Source: Geosiphon pyriformis uo1
Lineage: Eukaryota > Fungi > Glomeromycota
Assembly: GCA_016748015.1 (NCBI GenBank)
Contig: JAAOMT010000786.1
Location: 317,903 to 381,902 of the forward strand
Reading direction: 5' to 3'
DNA length: 64,000 bases
Shown here: one piece after another, positions 39,183 to 51,104 of the stretch
How the letters are laid out: each line of letters starts with the position of its first letter
Numbering within the stretch: position 1 is the stretch's first letter
The notes under the pieces: model-generated
The model's input: only the letters and a program-made list of their open reading frames with translations
Told to the model about the DNA's origin: nothing
The model's database searches: none
Translations under genes and position numbers: made by a program

Positions 39183-42120
39183 TTATGATGACCCATCAAA
39201 TAAGCGGCTCACCATCCCTTCCAATTGTACATGATCATATCGAATATATTTTGTGGGATTCTTCGAGAATTCTGATTGTTGGTATCTTTAATTTCAAAAA
39301 ATTAGGGACATATATTTTAAACTTGCAACAATAGACAAAGTGTTAGTTATCGTTCATGCTTACCTATCGAGAAATCTATTATACATTGGCACCAGAACGA
39401 CCTTTATATCCTTGATGACCTGATTGCGCAAATCGATATCGGGAATTGCGTAGGCCTTATGAACTTTGTATAATTCATCAAATTCATTGTTAAAATTCTA
39501 AAAATGAGGAAAAGAGACATAAGAATATGATATTTGTCGACAAACCCATGAAAACTCAATTTGACCCATCAGGTTACCTTGAATCTTTCCTTGACCGATT
39601 GTTTATCTGTGCTTCCCAAGGTGGTCTTTAAAGTACCACCTCGAACATAAGTGTAATCCATTAGATGACTGAAACAAGGTTTCCACCTTAAATTTGGCAA
39701 ATAAAACAGTTAGCGTTTACTGAATCACGTCGAAAACAATAATTTCATCTACAAAAAAATCCTAAACATACGTGTCTTGATACGCATCGTTATACTTCTT
39801 CACTAATCGTTCGTACTTGTTTTCAATCTCTTTGTCCACGAGCAAAACAAATTGTGACTTTATCGTTTTCAAAATATATTGATAATTATTAAGCAAAAAT
39901 ATACAAGTGAGAGCAGGCTTTTTATAGGTCCGAGCTTTACTGTCCAAACTATTTGATAGAGCTTCAAGGCAATCGGCTAGTAATGAAATTGAGAAAAAAT
40001 TTAAATTGATCTGGTTCAACTTCAAATCTAATTTTATAATTAGCAACAAGGTAAGGAATCTTGCAATTACCAAAATAATGACGAACAATAGCATTTCCTA
40101 ATATTGGAGCACGACCAACTCTTTCACGAGAAAAGTTTGGCTCTTTTTCAGAAGTATTCCAATTTCCATCACCCAATGTTTGAAGCATAGTCTCCACTGT
40201 TTCTTGGTAATCAGTCATGCGTTTCATATGCTGTAATGTCTAGATAATTATGAAAAAAAAGTAGTTCAAACGAACAAATTGTAAGTAAATGTATAAACCT
40301 CTAAAATTCATAATTCTCATACCGTTATTGTTAACTCATGCACAGTGCCATCGTTTGGCAAAGCAGAATTTTTAGAAGGGTGCGCCTGTATGATAACATG
40401 AGAAAATATTTAGTATGAGATTAATTCTGAGTTAAAGTAGCACTTTTAAACCTTAATATCTTCCAAAAATTCTGGGAAAGAGCGCATAGCAACATTACGA
40501 AGTGAATGCATTAATTCACCATATCCAGTATCCTTGTTGCCGGCAAACTTTTCGTGTTTAATATAAAAATACCATAAGTGTTATTTATGAAAATGAATAT
40601 TTTTCTTGTTTAGGAAATTCATTACAACTTAAACCACTTACACGGAAAAACTCATCAAATGCCTGTGAATTTTTGTTCAAGCCTTCAAGCATATCAAAAG
40701 CCAAAAAAACATCAGTCTGGATGCTTCGCTTCACGCGGGTATTTAATGACTTGCCAGTCTCTACAAAAGTTTCTAGAGATTGTTGTGTGACCTCTCTAAA
40801 AGCATCCGTAATGTAATCTTTGGGTAGAATTTTTGAAGCTACCTCATGCTCAGTCTAATCGATTCAGAGAATCAAGGAATGTGAATTCTTCATGTTGAGA
40901 ATCTCAAAATTTAAAGTCATCGACAATTGGAAAAGAAAAAATGAGGACCTCAAACATCCGTAACATGGCATCAACGTACGATATAAATCCACACGTTCCC
41001 TTCTCGTAAACAAGGGTGTTTCTCTTCTCAGCAGTTGCAATAGATGCTTGGGATAGCATTGTTAAGGATTTCAGGAGATAGGGTGACCGTACCTCAATAT
41101 AAACCTTAACAAAATCACTGGCATATCCAAGTTCCATATCGGAAGTTGCAAGGTAGGATGACAGTATTTCTAAATTTTGCAACGGGGTTTGGGGAATCCC
41201 AGGAATCTCCAAATCTAAATTTGCATGATTAATAAAAATTAATCTCAAAAAGACACGATTTTAAGAAACATTTTATACTTTTGGCTGTGTAAGCGAGCGG
41301 TTGGATTGGAACACTCCATTTTACTAGCCATATACGAAACAATTCTTCCAATTGTAGCATTGCTGCTTTTAGCAATTGTTTCTGCAGATCAAAACAGAAT
41401 TTTAAGAAAATCGTGAAATTAATGATTTGAATTACTTTTCTTGCTGCTTTTGGAAAGCACCCACTTACTAGTTGTGACATCACCCTCTCAGTACTCCGTA
41501 GACGCGATTCGCCCAGGACTTCCATAGCTTTCTTGCATTTTCCAATTGAATTCAAATAAGGTTCAAGGTCGTTTTCTGTTGGGCTAAAAATAAAAAAGAT
41601 GTGTCTTTAATTGTTTTCTCAAAGTTTTACCATCACCAAATGATTAAATTGAAATAATAATTACCCGTGCTGTATGATTTCTGCCTCTCTTTCTACCAAA
41701 TCAAAATAACTAATTATCTCATAGACAGTGTTACGAGTGCGGTCGATATCTGTTAGATTTATCGAATTCTTTAATATCGCAGGAAAAATATATTTTAAGT
41801 AGACGACCCAAAATTGAAAGTGACGTGTGCAATTTATTGGCGTAAGAATTATAAAGGATACTATCTGCCAGCCTAGTGAGGGTTTGAGTTGCTTTGTGAA
41901 TTGGCAAAATTGAAGCTTCTAACCGTACAAGTCGGTCATCAAATACGTTGAGCATATTAGTCTATACATTAGAATTATGTATGAAATGCGATTAATTTGT
42001 TGAAATTTTTTGCTTTTTATTAATAAAAAATATAACCATTTTCTCGGTCAAAACATTAGTTTTTTTGAGGTTTTCTTCGAGAAACTCCAAATCCGCGCTT
42101 TCTTCGTCCAACCGTTCCAT
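39183..42120 (-). CDS. EXO70: Exocyst subunit Exo70, multi-exon
   Basis: MERLDEESADLEFL, FDDRLVRLEASILPIHK, LPNDGTVHELT, IFLLNNYQYI, KERFK|NFNNEFDE, YAIPDIDLR, NPTKYIRY; TAA 39185-39183. Confidence 0.93.
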
Positions 42121-42488
42121 AGTGACCTTGGGAGTGTTCGCTGAGGAGTCGGAGATTTATAGGTAGAAGTATCCACATTCTTTCAAGTTCAAATCAAGCC
42201 AATCACACTATTACTCTTCCATTGAATTTTAAGTTGATCAATACACAGAGATAATATTTCAATATTTTCCGCGATCAAAGACAATTTTGATACATCAGAT
42301 ATTTTATTTAACGCCAATTCTCTCTCGAGTTAAAATACATATTTTAGTATTCGCTCGGTATGATTTATTTTACTGCATATATTTCAGTTCTCCTTCTGGG
42401 AGCGATAATAATTTGAAAAAAAAGCCAGCACTATTGCTGAAATATTGTTAATTAGTTCGATTGATCAGTTCTAATATCAAACTGGTTT

Positions 42489-43363
42489 TTATTTTTTCTT
42501 GTTTGCCTCCTCTTCAGCCTTGGCTTTAAGACGTGCATCGCGTACACCAACCAGGCGAGCATCAGATTGTGCTTTACGAAGAGTAGCGTATGCACTAGAA
42601 TTCTTTTCTTCTTGAGTAATTGCGCGAGCCGGTTCTTCAGTCCAGGTTTGTGTGATGGGCAATACAGGTCCCTTGAACTGTGCAGCATTCCCAATTTCAG
42701 GGGCCTTCAGTGAATTCAGGGATGTACCATAGTTGATATTAGATTTTTTTTTAAAAATAAAAATGAGAATTTTTCACACGTCAATTACCTCAGAAGTACT
42801 CTTCCTAGACTTGCGAGATCTTTTTGGGAAAATAATCAACTTGCTCTGGTATGTTTTCAAACGTGCCACGTTAAGCTGAAGAGATTCTAAAGATCGATTC
42901 TTGCGACGATGATCCACAGGGATGCCTATACCAAGTGCTTCCTTACGACGGATTCCAGCTTCCTTAAATTTAAAAATTCAGGTTGTATTGGTAAAATTTC
43001 AATTAGTTAAGTTTACTCTCATTCATTAAAATGCTTTGCCCAATGTTCTTTTCATTATTGTACTGAATTACACATGCATTCAATTTCTAACCAATCCCAC
43101 GAAAACACTGGACAAATTAATCAAACCTTGAGCTCATCGAGCGTGAATCCACGTCCAGCCCTTAACTTGTTATTATATTTGACAGTGGGGCATCTAATTG
43201 CCGGCCTCAAGAGTTCGACAGGACGTGGAGCAATTCGGACAGCCTTTTTAATACGATTTAGTCTTCTACGCTTCTTGCGTCCAGGCTGATCGAACCAGGT
43301 CTTTACACGCAACTGCCAGTCCTTGTGAAAATGGCCATTCGGAAGGATATTGTTATGCTTCAT
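42489..43363 (-). CDS. RPL13: 60S ribosomal protein L13 (eL13); additional 5'-UTR intron at about 43370-43655
   Basis: [62 protein letters not shown]; TAA 42491-42489. Confidence 0.97.
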
Positions 43364-44344
43364 GACTACTTTTATGAAAGATCAAGAAACTAGACATGAG
43401 TATCACTAGTCAGGAACCTCCTTCATAAGAAAATTTATGAGGAGTAAAAAGTAACCCGGAATTCAATGAACTAGAAACTATTCACATTCGTCTAACTTTC
43501 ATAAACCAATGTTAAACAAGGTGAACCAACAGAAGCACTCTCTATTTAACAACCTTAGAAAATAAGCAGAGGATTCGAAGGTTTAAAAGGAAAAGCTTGA
43601 CAATAATTTTGTTATAAAAGGAATGCTGAAATCAACTCGACTTTACCCTACTCACCCCTTAATTCTACAAGGAACAAGATAACGAGAAAAACTTTTCTAC
43701 ATTATTTCCTAATAGAAATCTGTGACGCAACAAAAATATAATTGGTTAAAAAATCACAACCTTGAATGAAAAATTTAAAAAATTTATGATTGGATACTGA
43801 TAATTAATTTTGACAAAATCTAAATAGTTTTATTTTTATTAATAATTTTTTATTTAAATATTAAATTAAATGGTTTTTTTTATTTATTTAACAAGTGCAG
43901 TTCAACCACTACCTATTATTATACAATTATTACAAAATCTATTAGACAATAAAAATAATAAAACTTTAAAACCAAATTTAACCAAAATTTTATAATTAAA
44001 CCCAAACTACAAATATTTATAACAGAATTATCTAATAATAAGCTATTAATATTTAATAATATTAATTTATTATAAATATAATATTATTTAAATTAATACT
44101 TATTTTAAAAATTAAAATTAGAATGGTTATATTTAATATATATATATTTAAAAAAACTTAACTATTTAAATTAACCAAAATTATATACAAAAAAATTGAA
44201 AAAAAAAACTTCTTTCTCTTCTTCGTCCAAAAATTCCCAAAAAAGAGTCAAAAGTTTTTTTGAAAGAAGTTTTTTACCATTCAGTACGATAAATCAAAAC
44301 TGTTTTTCAATTATAAGGCCACTGTTGGCTCTGTTATTGCTGTT

Positions 44345-46128
44345 ATGAAAAAGACTGCTAAAGTTTCTGGTTCTGAGAGTGGTTTTAAAGCAGTTACATC
44401 AAGGAAAAAGAGGAAGGGAGGTGTGTTGGCAAAGGGTGTTGATAATAGAAGGGTTGCTGCTAAAGTTCCTGGTGTTTGTTCATGGGGTTTGGAGACTGGG
44501 GACACTACTGAGTTTGAAAGTGTTGATATGGAAGAGAAGTGTTTGGTGAAGGAAACCAGTTTTGATTATGGTGAAAGTGGAGCTCTGGTTGGTGGAGATT
44601 ATGATCAGACACCCACAAGTTCAAAGGTTAAAACCAAAAAGACATTGGGCAAGCCATTGGGAAAGATTGACTTCTCAAAAGATGGTAGTAATGATGGTGT
44701 TCTCTCGGATGCTCCTCTTGAGCTCCCTCCTTCTGTGAAAAATTTGGTCAATGTTCCAGTCAGGAAATCATTCGCATTGGATATTGGCTTGGATAAAGTG
44801 GCCGGCAAATCTTCTCAGGAAAAACTTGTGGTGGTGAGGAAGTTGTTTTCTGGAATCAATGGTTTTGGGGGGGCATTTACCCCCTCAGGATCATCAGGGT
44901 GACATTCACTTCTGAATTAAGTCTAATAAAAGCTACTGATAAAGCTGTGGATGCGAAGATCTTAGTAAATGCCAATCTCAAAAAAGCATCTGGGTGATCA
45001 GATCGGGCTGTGGTCGTAAAAGAAATTCCAGTTAGAACATTGGCTGAGGCTGTGCGTGCTGCGTTATCCGAGTTTGGAGTTATTAGGGTGATCAAAATGC
45101 AGTTAATCGGGCTGTGGCAGAAGGCGGTGGTGGAATTCAAACGATCAGATCAGGCTGATTTGGTCACAGCTGAGTGGTCCATCTTAATCGGGAAAGATGC
45201 TGTACATGTGGCTAAGGCTAATTCAGACAAGAAGGCATGGAATGTAAAGGACCAACATAGGGCGCTGCTCTATACATTGCTGATGGGAACCAATGCTCAT
45301 GATATCTGGGACTTTGTTAGATCTGTGGGTGAGAAAACGTGCGTCATTGATCGTCATTCTGTTACATATGTTCAGGCCAGGTGTGCTGTTGTTTGTTTCG
45401 ACTCTGCTGAATCATTGGATGCTGCTGTGGGAACCACGCTAGTACTCAGGAATACCAATCTCCGCTGGTCTTGTCTCATTTCTGCTAGATGCGCCAAGTG
45501 TGAGAAATTGGGTCACACGTCATTGGATTGTGCAGTTAGTGGGAAATTGTCTTCTAGTAGTTCATTGCGTAGGGTTTTCTCGGATATGGATAAAAGCAGG
45601 CTGGCAACCATCTATGCCAAACGTTCGGCTCCAGTTGCCCGTCCAGTCTCTTTTGGTGGTCTTTCTTGGGCAAAGGTTGCTCGTGGGTTTTTTTCGCTCT
45701 CCCTTTCTGGTCAGAATGTTGTGGTGACAAATGACTCCTCTTCAGAGATGAAGCCATCCCAACCGGTTATGATAGAAGTCAACAATAGGTTCGCCGCTCT
45801 TGAGCACAGTTTCGCCAGCCTCGCGGAGCAAGTTGGTAAGCTGGCTAAGAGGTTGGATGCACTCGGGCCAATGGTTTTCCAGCCTAGCCCTGGATGTCAG
45901 CCGTTGGTGACCCCTTCATTACAGGATCAAGGGGTGGATATAGTGATGAGTGAGGGTTCAAGTGTGTCCACTAGTGGTGGGAATGTCGCGGGAGTGGTGT
46001 CTTTTGATATGTCTTCGGTGTCTAAGCTGGAAGACAGCATGAAGTGTCTAATGGAAACGGTTCTGGGCCTTTTGGCCAAAGTGGACAGTTTAGATGTGCT
46101 TTCGGTATTTCTACCTCTTATTCAATGA
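44345..46128 (+). pseudogene. LINE copy 1 ORF1, disrupted
   Basis: Frameshift near 44885 and in-frame TGA at 44995-44997 between the ORF-track pieces 44345-44902 and 45010-46128. Confidence 0.85.
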
Positions 46129-49100
46129 GCAGTTTAGTCTGGAAAGTTGCTACATGCAATGTCAGGGGCATGAACAATCCTGCTAAGCAAGAAGACATTA
46201 TTAGGTGGCATAAGAAAATGAACAATTTAGTCTCTATCATTACTGAAATGAAATTAAAGAGTAGGGTTCGTCCGTGGATTGCAGACAAGTTTGATGGTGT
46301 CCGAGTGTTCTCTTCTGGTTTGGACTCTGGTTATTTGGGTGCGGGTGTTGCTGTTATCATGGACGTTTCTTTGGCTCGTCATGTGTACAAGGTTTCTGAG
46401 GTGCCTGGTTAGCTCCTTTCCATTAAATTACTTTTTAAGGATAAACTTTCTGTGTCAATTTTGGGGCTTTATGCTGGTGCTTCTTCGATGGTTTGGTTCT
46501 CTCAGGCTGGTGAAATCAATTCTCTCATTGCAAAGGTTGTTAACGAATCTTCTTTCATCATTCTCGGTGGCAATTTTAATGAAAACAGCTCTTATAAAAG
46601 TGCAAGTTTCAAAAAATGCTTTGATTTGGGTCTGGTCAATTCTTTAGTTGGTAGCTCGGCTGCAAAAATGCTCACTTGGAAAAATTCTAGGGGTGTTAAG
46701 AAAACAATTGATTACGTGTTTGTCTCCTCAAGTCTTGTCAATGCGATAGTGCGTTGTGAAGTTTTGAATGTCAGTGAGCATTTTGACACGGACTATCAAG
46801 CTGTTTCAATGGATTTGGGTTTGGGCGGGCTCTTGGATACGCGTTTGAATTCTCTTCGCAAGCAAGCGAATAAAGATCATTGGAAGTTTGATGTCAAAAG
46901 TGTCAATGAAGCTAAGTGGTTGGAGTTCAGGAAGGCCTCAGCTGCTAATGTCTCTATGTTCTCGGATGCTTTTGGTGTGGCAGTGAGATTTTCAGATGTG
47001 GATGCTATGTGAGACATTGTTCGCAAGATTATGGTTCTTTTAGCGGATAGTACATTTAAGAAAAAATGGTTCAAAAGTTTTGATGACGTGTTCACCAAAA
47101 CTTCTTTTAGGTTTCACAAGCTGGAGCTGCTGGTTTCTAAGTTGGTCAAGGCTTTGCGTTTGGCTTCTGGTGATGGTTTTGCTTCTTTGTTGAAGGTGTG
47201 GCACAGTCTCAACTCCCCTGGTGCATCAGTGGTTAAGTCTCTTTTTCTTTCAGGTTCTAATTTTGATCTTATTCGTTCTGCGCTGGCCAAAGCAAGAAAA
47301 TCATACCACTCCTCCAAATTAGTGGAATCCAAGCGCGCTGAGGAATCCTCGATCAAACAGGCTATTGGTAAAAGGATGGAGAGTTTTGAGCTGAACAAGG
47401 GTCACACCATTAGGAGTGTTTTGGAGCGTCCTTTTCGCAAGGTAGTCCTGGATCATTTGGTTGTAGAAGATGAGTTGATTTTAGAGCCTGATTTGGTTAA
47501 GTCTAAGGTGGACAAAATTATGGAGGGATGGACCAGAAAACATGAGGTGGTGTCTGACCTATTTGAGAAGTGGGCTCGTTAATATCAGCCTCTAGACTAC
47601 GTGTTTGATAGTGCTTTCTCTGATGTCATGTGTTCAATTAGTTTTGATGAGTTGTCAGCTGTTGTTAAGGATCTTTCTGATGAAAAGGCGACTGGGCTTT
47701 CTGGTATCTCCAATGAATTATGGAAACATTGTGACAAATCTGTTTTGGATATGCTTTTGGTGCTCTTAAATTTCTGTTTAGTTGGCGAGTTGGTCCCTGG
47801 GCCTTGGAGAGAAGCTTGGGTTTCGATGATTCCTAAACCATATGAATGGGAGGGAGTTTTCATAAACATCTGTCCTATAGCTTTAATTGAAATGGTCCGC
47901 AAGATTCTCTCCAAGATCCTTTCGGATAGGATCTTTCTGGCTTGCAGCACTTTTGATGTTTTTCGTGGGGACAATTTTTCAGTTTTGAAGGGTATGACGA
48001 CTCAATCTCCCATTTTTGCTATTGGTTTTGTGGTTGAGAATGCCTTGGAAAAGAACCGTAAACTTTGGCTGGTTTTACAGGACATGTACAAGGCTTATGA
48101 CTCAGTTGGTTGGGAACATCTTAGGAGGAGTCTAGTCAGGATCAAAATGTGTAACAGGTTTATTAGATTTTTTGGCAGTATTCACAATGGTCGCGTCAAC
48201 AGAGTAATGACCGACTTTGGCTTGACTGATGGGTATTGTGTCCATGATGGGCTAGATCAGGGAGAAGTTTTCTCGTCTCTTCTCTGGCATATTTTTTATG
48301 ATTCACTTTTGTGCGAGGTCAAGAGACAGGATAGTGTGTATGGCTACAGGTTGAATTCTCATTTCATATCAAGAACTGGCCGGGTGGATCCTCAAGCTGG
48401 GCTGTTTTTATTTCTTGCTGCTGGCACTTTTGTCGATGATATTATCTGGGTTGGTAGCAGCCAGGCTGCTACACGATGCATCCTTGATGTTGCTAGTGAG
48501 TTTTTTAGGTTTAATGATATTTCTGTAAACAATGACAAAACAGTGGCCATCCCCATCAATTGCCAGGTGCTGGATCCTTATTTGACTATTAGTGGTGCAC
48601 CTATTTCCATTGCCAAGAGAAGGGAATCTCATCGCTATTTGGGTATTTTTTTGTCTTCTGAGGGTCTTTCGAAGCCTAGCTTGGCTAAGGCCCAGGCTGA
48701 TGTATGGTTTTTTGTAAATCTTGTTTTGAGAAAAGCGATTTCGGACAAACAGTGTACATATTTGGTGTCTGCAGTTCTCTTTCCTATCATCAGCTACAGG
48801 ACTCAGTTCAGTTTCGTTTCTGTTAGTGTTTGTAGTAAATGGGATGCTTTGGTTCGCAAGGTTTTAAAGTCCAAGTTTGGATTGCCATGTGATTTCCCCA
48901 GTGATGCATTTCATCACCCCTTTTTGTACAATTTAAAAACTTTCGAACAGATACAGGCTGAGAGTAAATCGGCCTCCATTGTTGCTTTTGCGAATTCTAC
49001 TGGTGTCTTGGGTTGCTTGTTTTCTCATAGGTCTCATGACCTCCAGGTTCTCAGTTGGCATCCTCGTCATTCTTTGCTGTTTCCAGCTTGTGTTAGTATC

Positions 49101-50812
49101 AGTCTCTTGGATAATTTTTTGGCGGATGTGGTTCGCATTTTTTTTGGATGTGATTTGTCTTTGAGAGGCCCTCTGAATTGTGCTTTTCGTTGTCGGTGTG
49201 GTACTCCTATGTCTTTGGTTCTTGGTGAATCCTGTTTTTTCAAGTGCATCTTTTCACTCAGGTGTTATGGAATTGCTTTCGTGGAACAGCTTTGTGACTA
49301 TAATAGTGATGTTTTCAGTTGGGGGACCTTCAAGCGCTGGAAGAGGCTGGACCTTTGTGGCCTAGTCCCTTTCTGGTTTGATCTTTCCATTCGCTTTCTT
49401 GGTGGTGTTGTTCCTCTCTCCTCAAGTTCTTCTTTGGTAGATGGTTATGCTGTGTCTGATATTTGTCTTTCTCATAATTTTGGTGTAATTTGTGACACTT
49501 TGCCGACCATTGATGCTGCCTGCTTTTCTGTGTATATGGATGGGTCTCTTTCTGGTCTGAGCACTGTTGACATGAGAGCAGGTGCTGCCGTTTTTTTTGA
49601 GGACATTAACTTGGGTTTGGGTGTTGGGGTGTCTGGTTTGGTTTCTTCTACTCTGACAGAACTGCAGGCCATAGCTTTGGCCCTTGAGTGTGTTCCTTTT
49701 TCTCATTCGATTGACTTATTCTCGGATAGCCAGGCTGCTTTAGATGCATGTAGGTCGGAGTCTTTGCTGGTTTGTCTGGATTTTAGGAACTGCTGTTGGA
49801 TCGAGTGTCGTCACATTGCCACCGTCATTTGTCAAAAAAATTTGGATGTGAATTGGATTAAGGTAAAAGGTCATTCAGGTGTTTCAGGCAACGAGCATGC
49901 TGATGCATTTGCCAAGGGTGCTGCTTTCTCTGCTTGGCGCCTACCTCATTTAGTCAGTAAATGTTTTCTATGTGCTGGTGGTACAGCAGTTTCTGGTAAT
50001 TCTAGGCACTTTGTTCGTGATATTTTCCAGTTAGTTCATCGAGCTCGTTGGGAGATTGGAATGAGTTCTCGTTTTGTGGATGATAGTTTGCGTGCTAATG
50101 TCAACTGGTCTAAGTCTTCTATGATGTGGCACCCCGATTCTCACTTGGCATCCAGTTTTACCAGCATGCACATGGCGGGATGTCGTACTTACTTTATGAA
50201 GGCTCTCCATCATCGGCTTCCTGTTGCTGTGCACAAGCATTTATATGATAGGTGTTATCCCAGTGTGGTCTGTCTGTTTTGTGGTGATGTTGAGACCTCG
50301 GATCATGTCTTTTCGTGTCTTCAGGATGCTGTTGGCCATGCTCGTTTGTTGGGCGCACATGCTTCAACTTGGGAGACTCTTTCTGGCCTTTCTTATTCTT
50401 CTTCATGTGTCTTACAGGCCTTAGCTTCTTGTGTTTCTGAGGTTGGAGTTGGTGTTGCTCTGTGTAAGGGTTTTGTTTTCGATGAATGGTTTCGTGAGTC
50501 TGTTTCGGTCTTTAAAAATTCTAGGGAGGGTGCTAAGAGGATTGTGAGCTTTGGTGTGAGTTTTGTCCAGCATTTTAGGATGATGTTTGGTTGGTCTGGG
50601 CCAGACACCGAGCATTTATGGAGAAGCACGGTTTGATTCCACATGATGGCTCCATTCCTGCTTTGGTTTCTGGTTTGCCTAAGGTGTTTTTGACTGGTGT
50701 GGTCAGATTGCTGGGGGTGGCTAAGGTTTTTGGTGTTGGTTTCAGGTTTCATAAGTTTTGTCCATTTTTTTTAGGTATTGGAGATTTGGTTTCTGTGCAT
50801 ATAAGTGTATAG
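46125..50812 (+). pseudogene. LINE copy 1 ORF2, disrupted
   Basis: Same-frame pieces separated by TAG 46410, TGA 47010 and TAA 47580, plus a frameshift near 50555. Confidence 0.88.
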
Positions 50813-51104
50813 TGTAGTCCTGACTGGCCCGAATGGCTGGTCACGTGTAGAAAGCACATGATTCGCACCTAGTTTAGATCATTTGTATGATGTATAGCAC
50901 TAGGTTGCGTTTGGACCTTACTCGTTAAAATAATAAAAAAATAAAAATAAAAAAATTATATTAGATATAAAAATACATCTTAAAATTAAAATAATTATTT
51001 ATAATTTAACTAAAATTAATAATAATAAATCATAAATATTATATTTATATTAAAGTTAAAATTTAAAAAAGAAACAAAAATATTATTTATAAATTAAAAA
51101 TACT

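Larger units (their letters stand above)
44210..50955 (+). mobile_element. LINE copy 1: near full-length non-LTR retrotransposon (ORF1 with CCHC knuckle; ORF2 APE-RT-RNase H-zinc finger), inactivated
   Basis: ORF1 44345-46128 contains CAKCEKLGHTSLDC. ORF2 from 46125: ATCNVRG, IDYVFVS, DTDY (endonuclease); QDMYKAYDSV, LDQGE, FVDD (RT); DGS, ELQAI, SDSQ, KGHSGVSGNEHAD (RNase H); CLFC...HVFSC. A-rich tail after 50926. The 5' boundary is approximate. Confidence 0.93.

Noticed and set aside
42975-43069. C/D-box snoRNA in an RPL13 coding-region intron (AATTCAG/CTGAATT ends, ATAATGA, CTGA)
   Set aside because: Box C is imperfect, the D box is only about 12 nt from the 3' splice site with the likely branch point inside, and I could not find a clean rRNA complement.
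50817-50860. Hammerhead ribozyme in the LINE 3' UTR (CTGA...GAAA)
   Set aside because: The core reads CTGACTG, not CTGANGA, and the stems do not fit the hammerhead topology.
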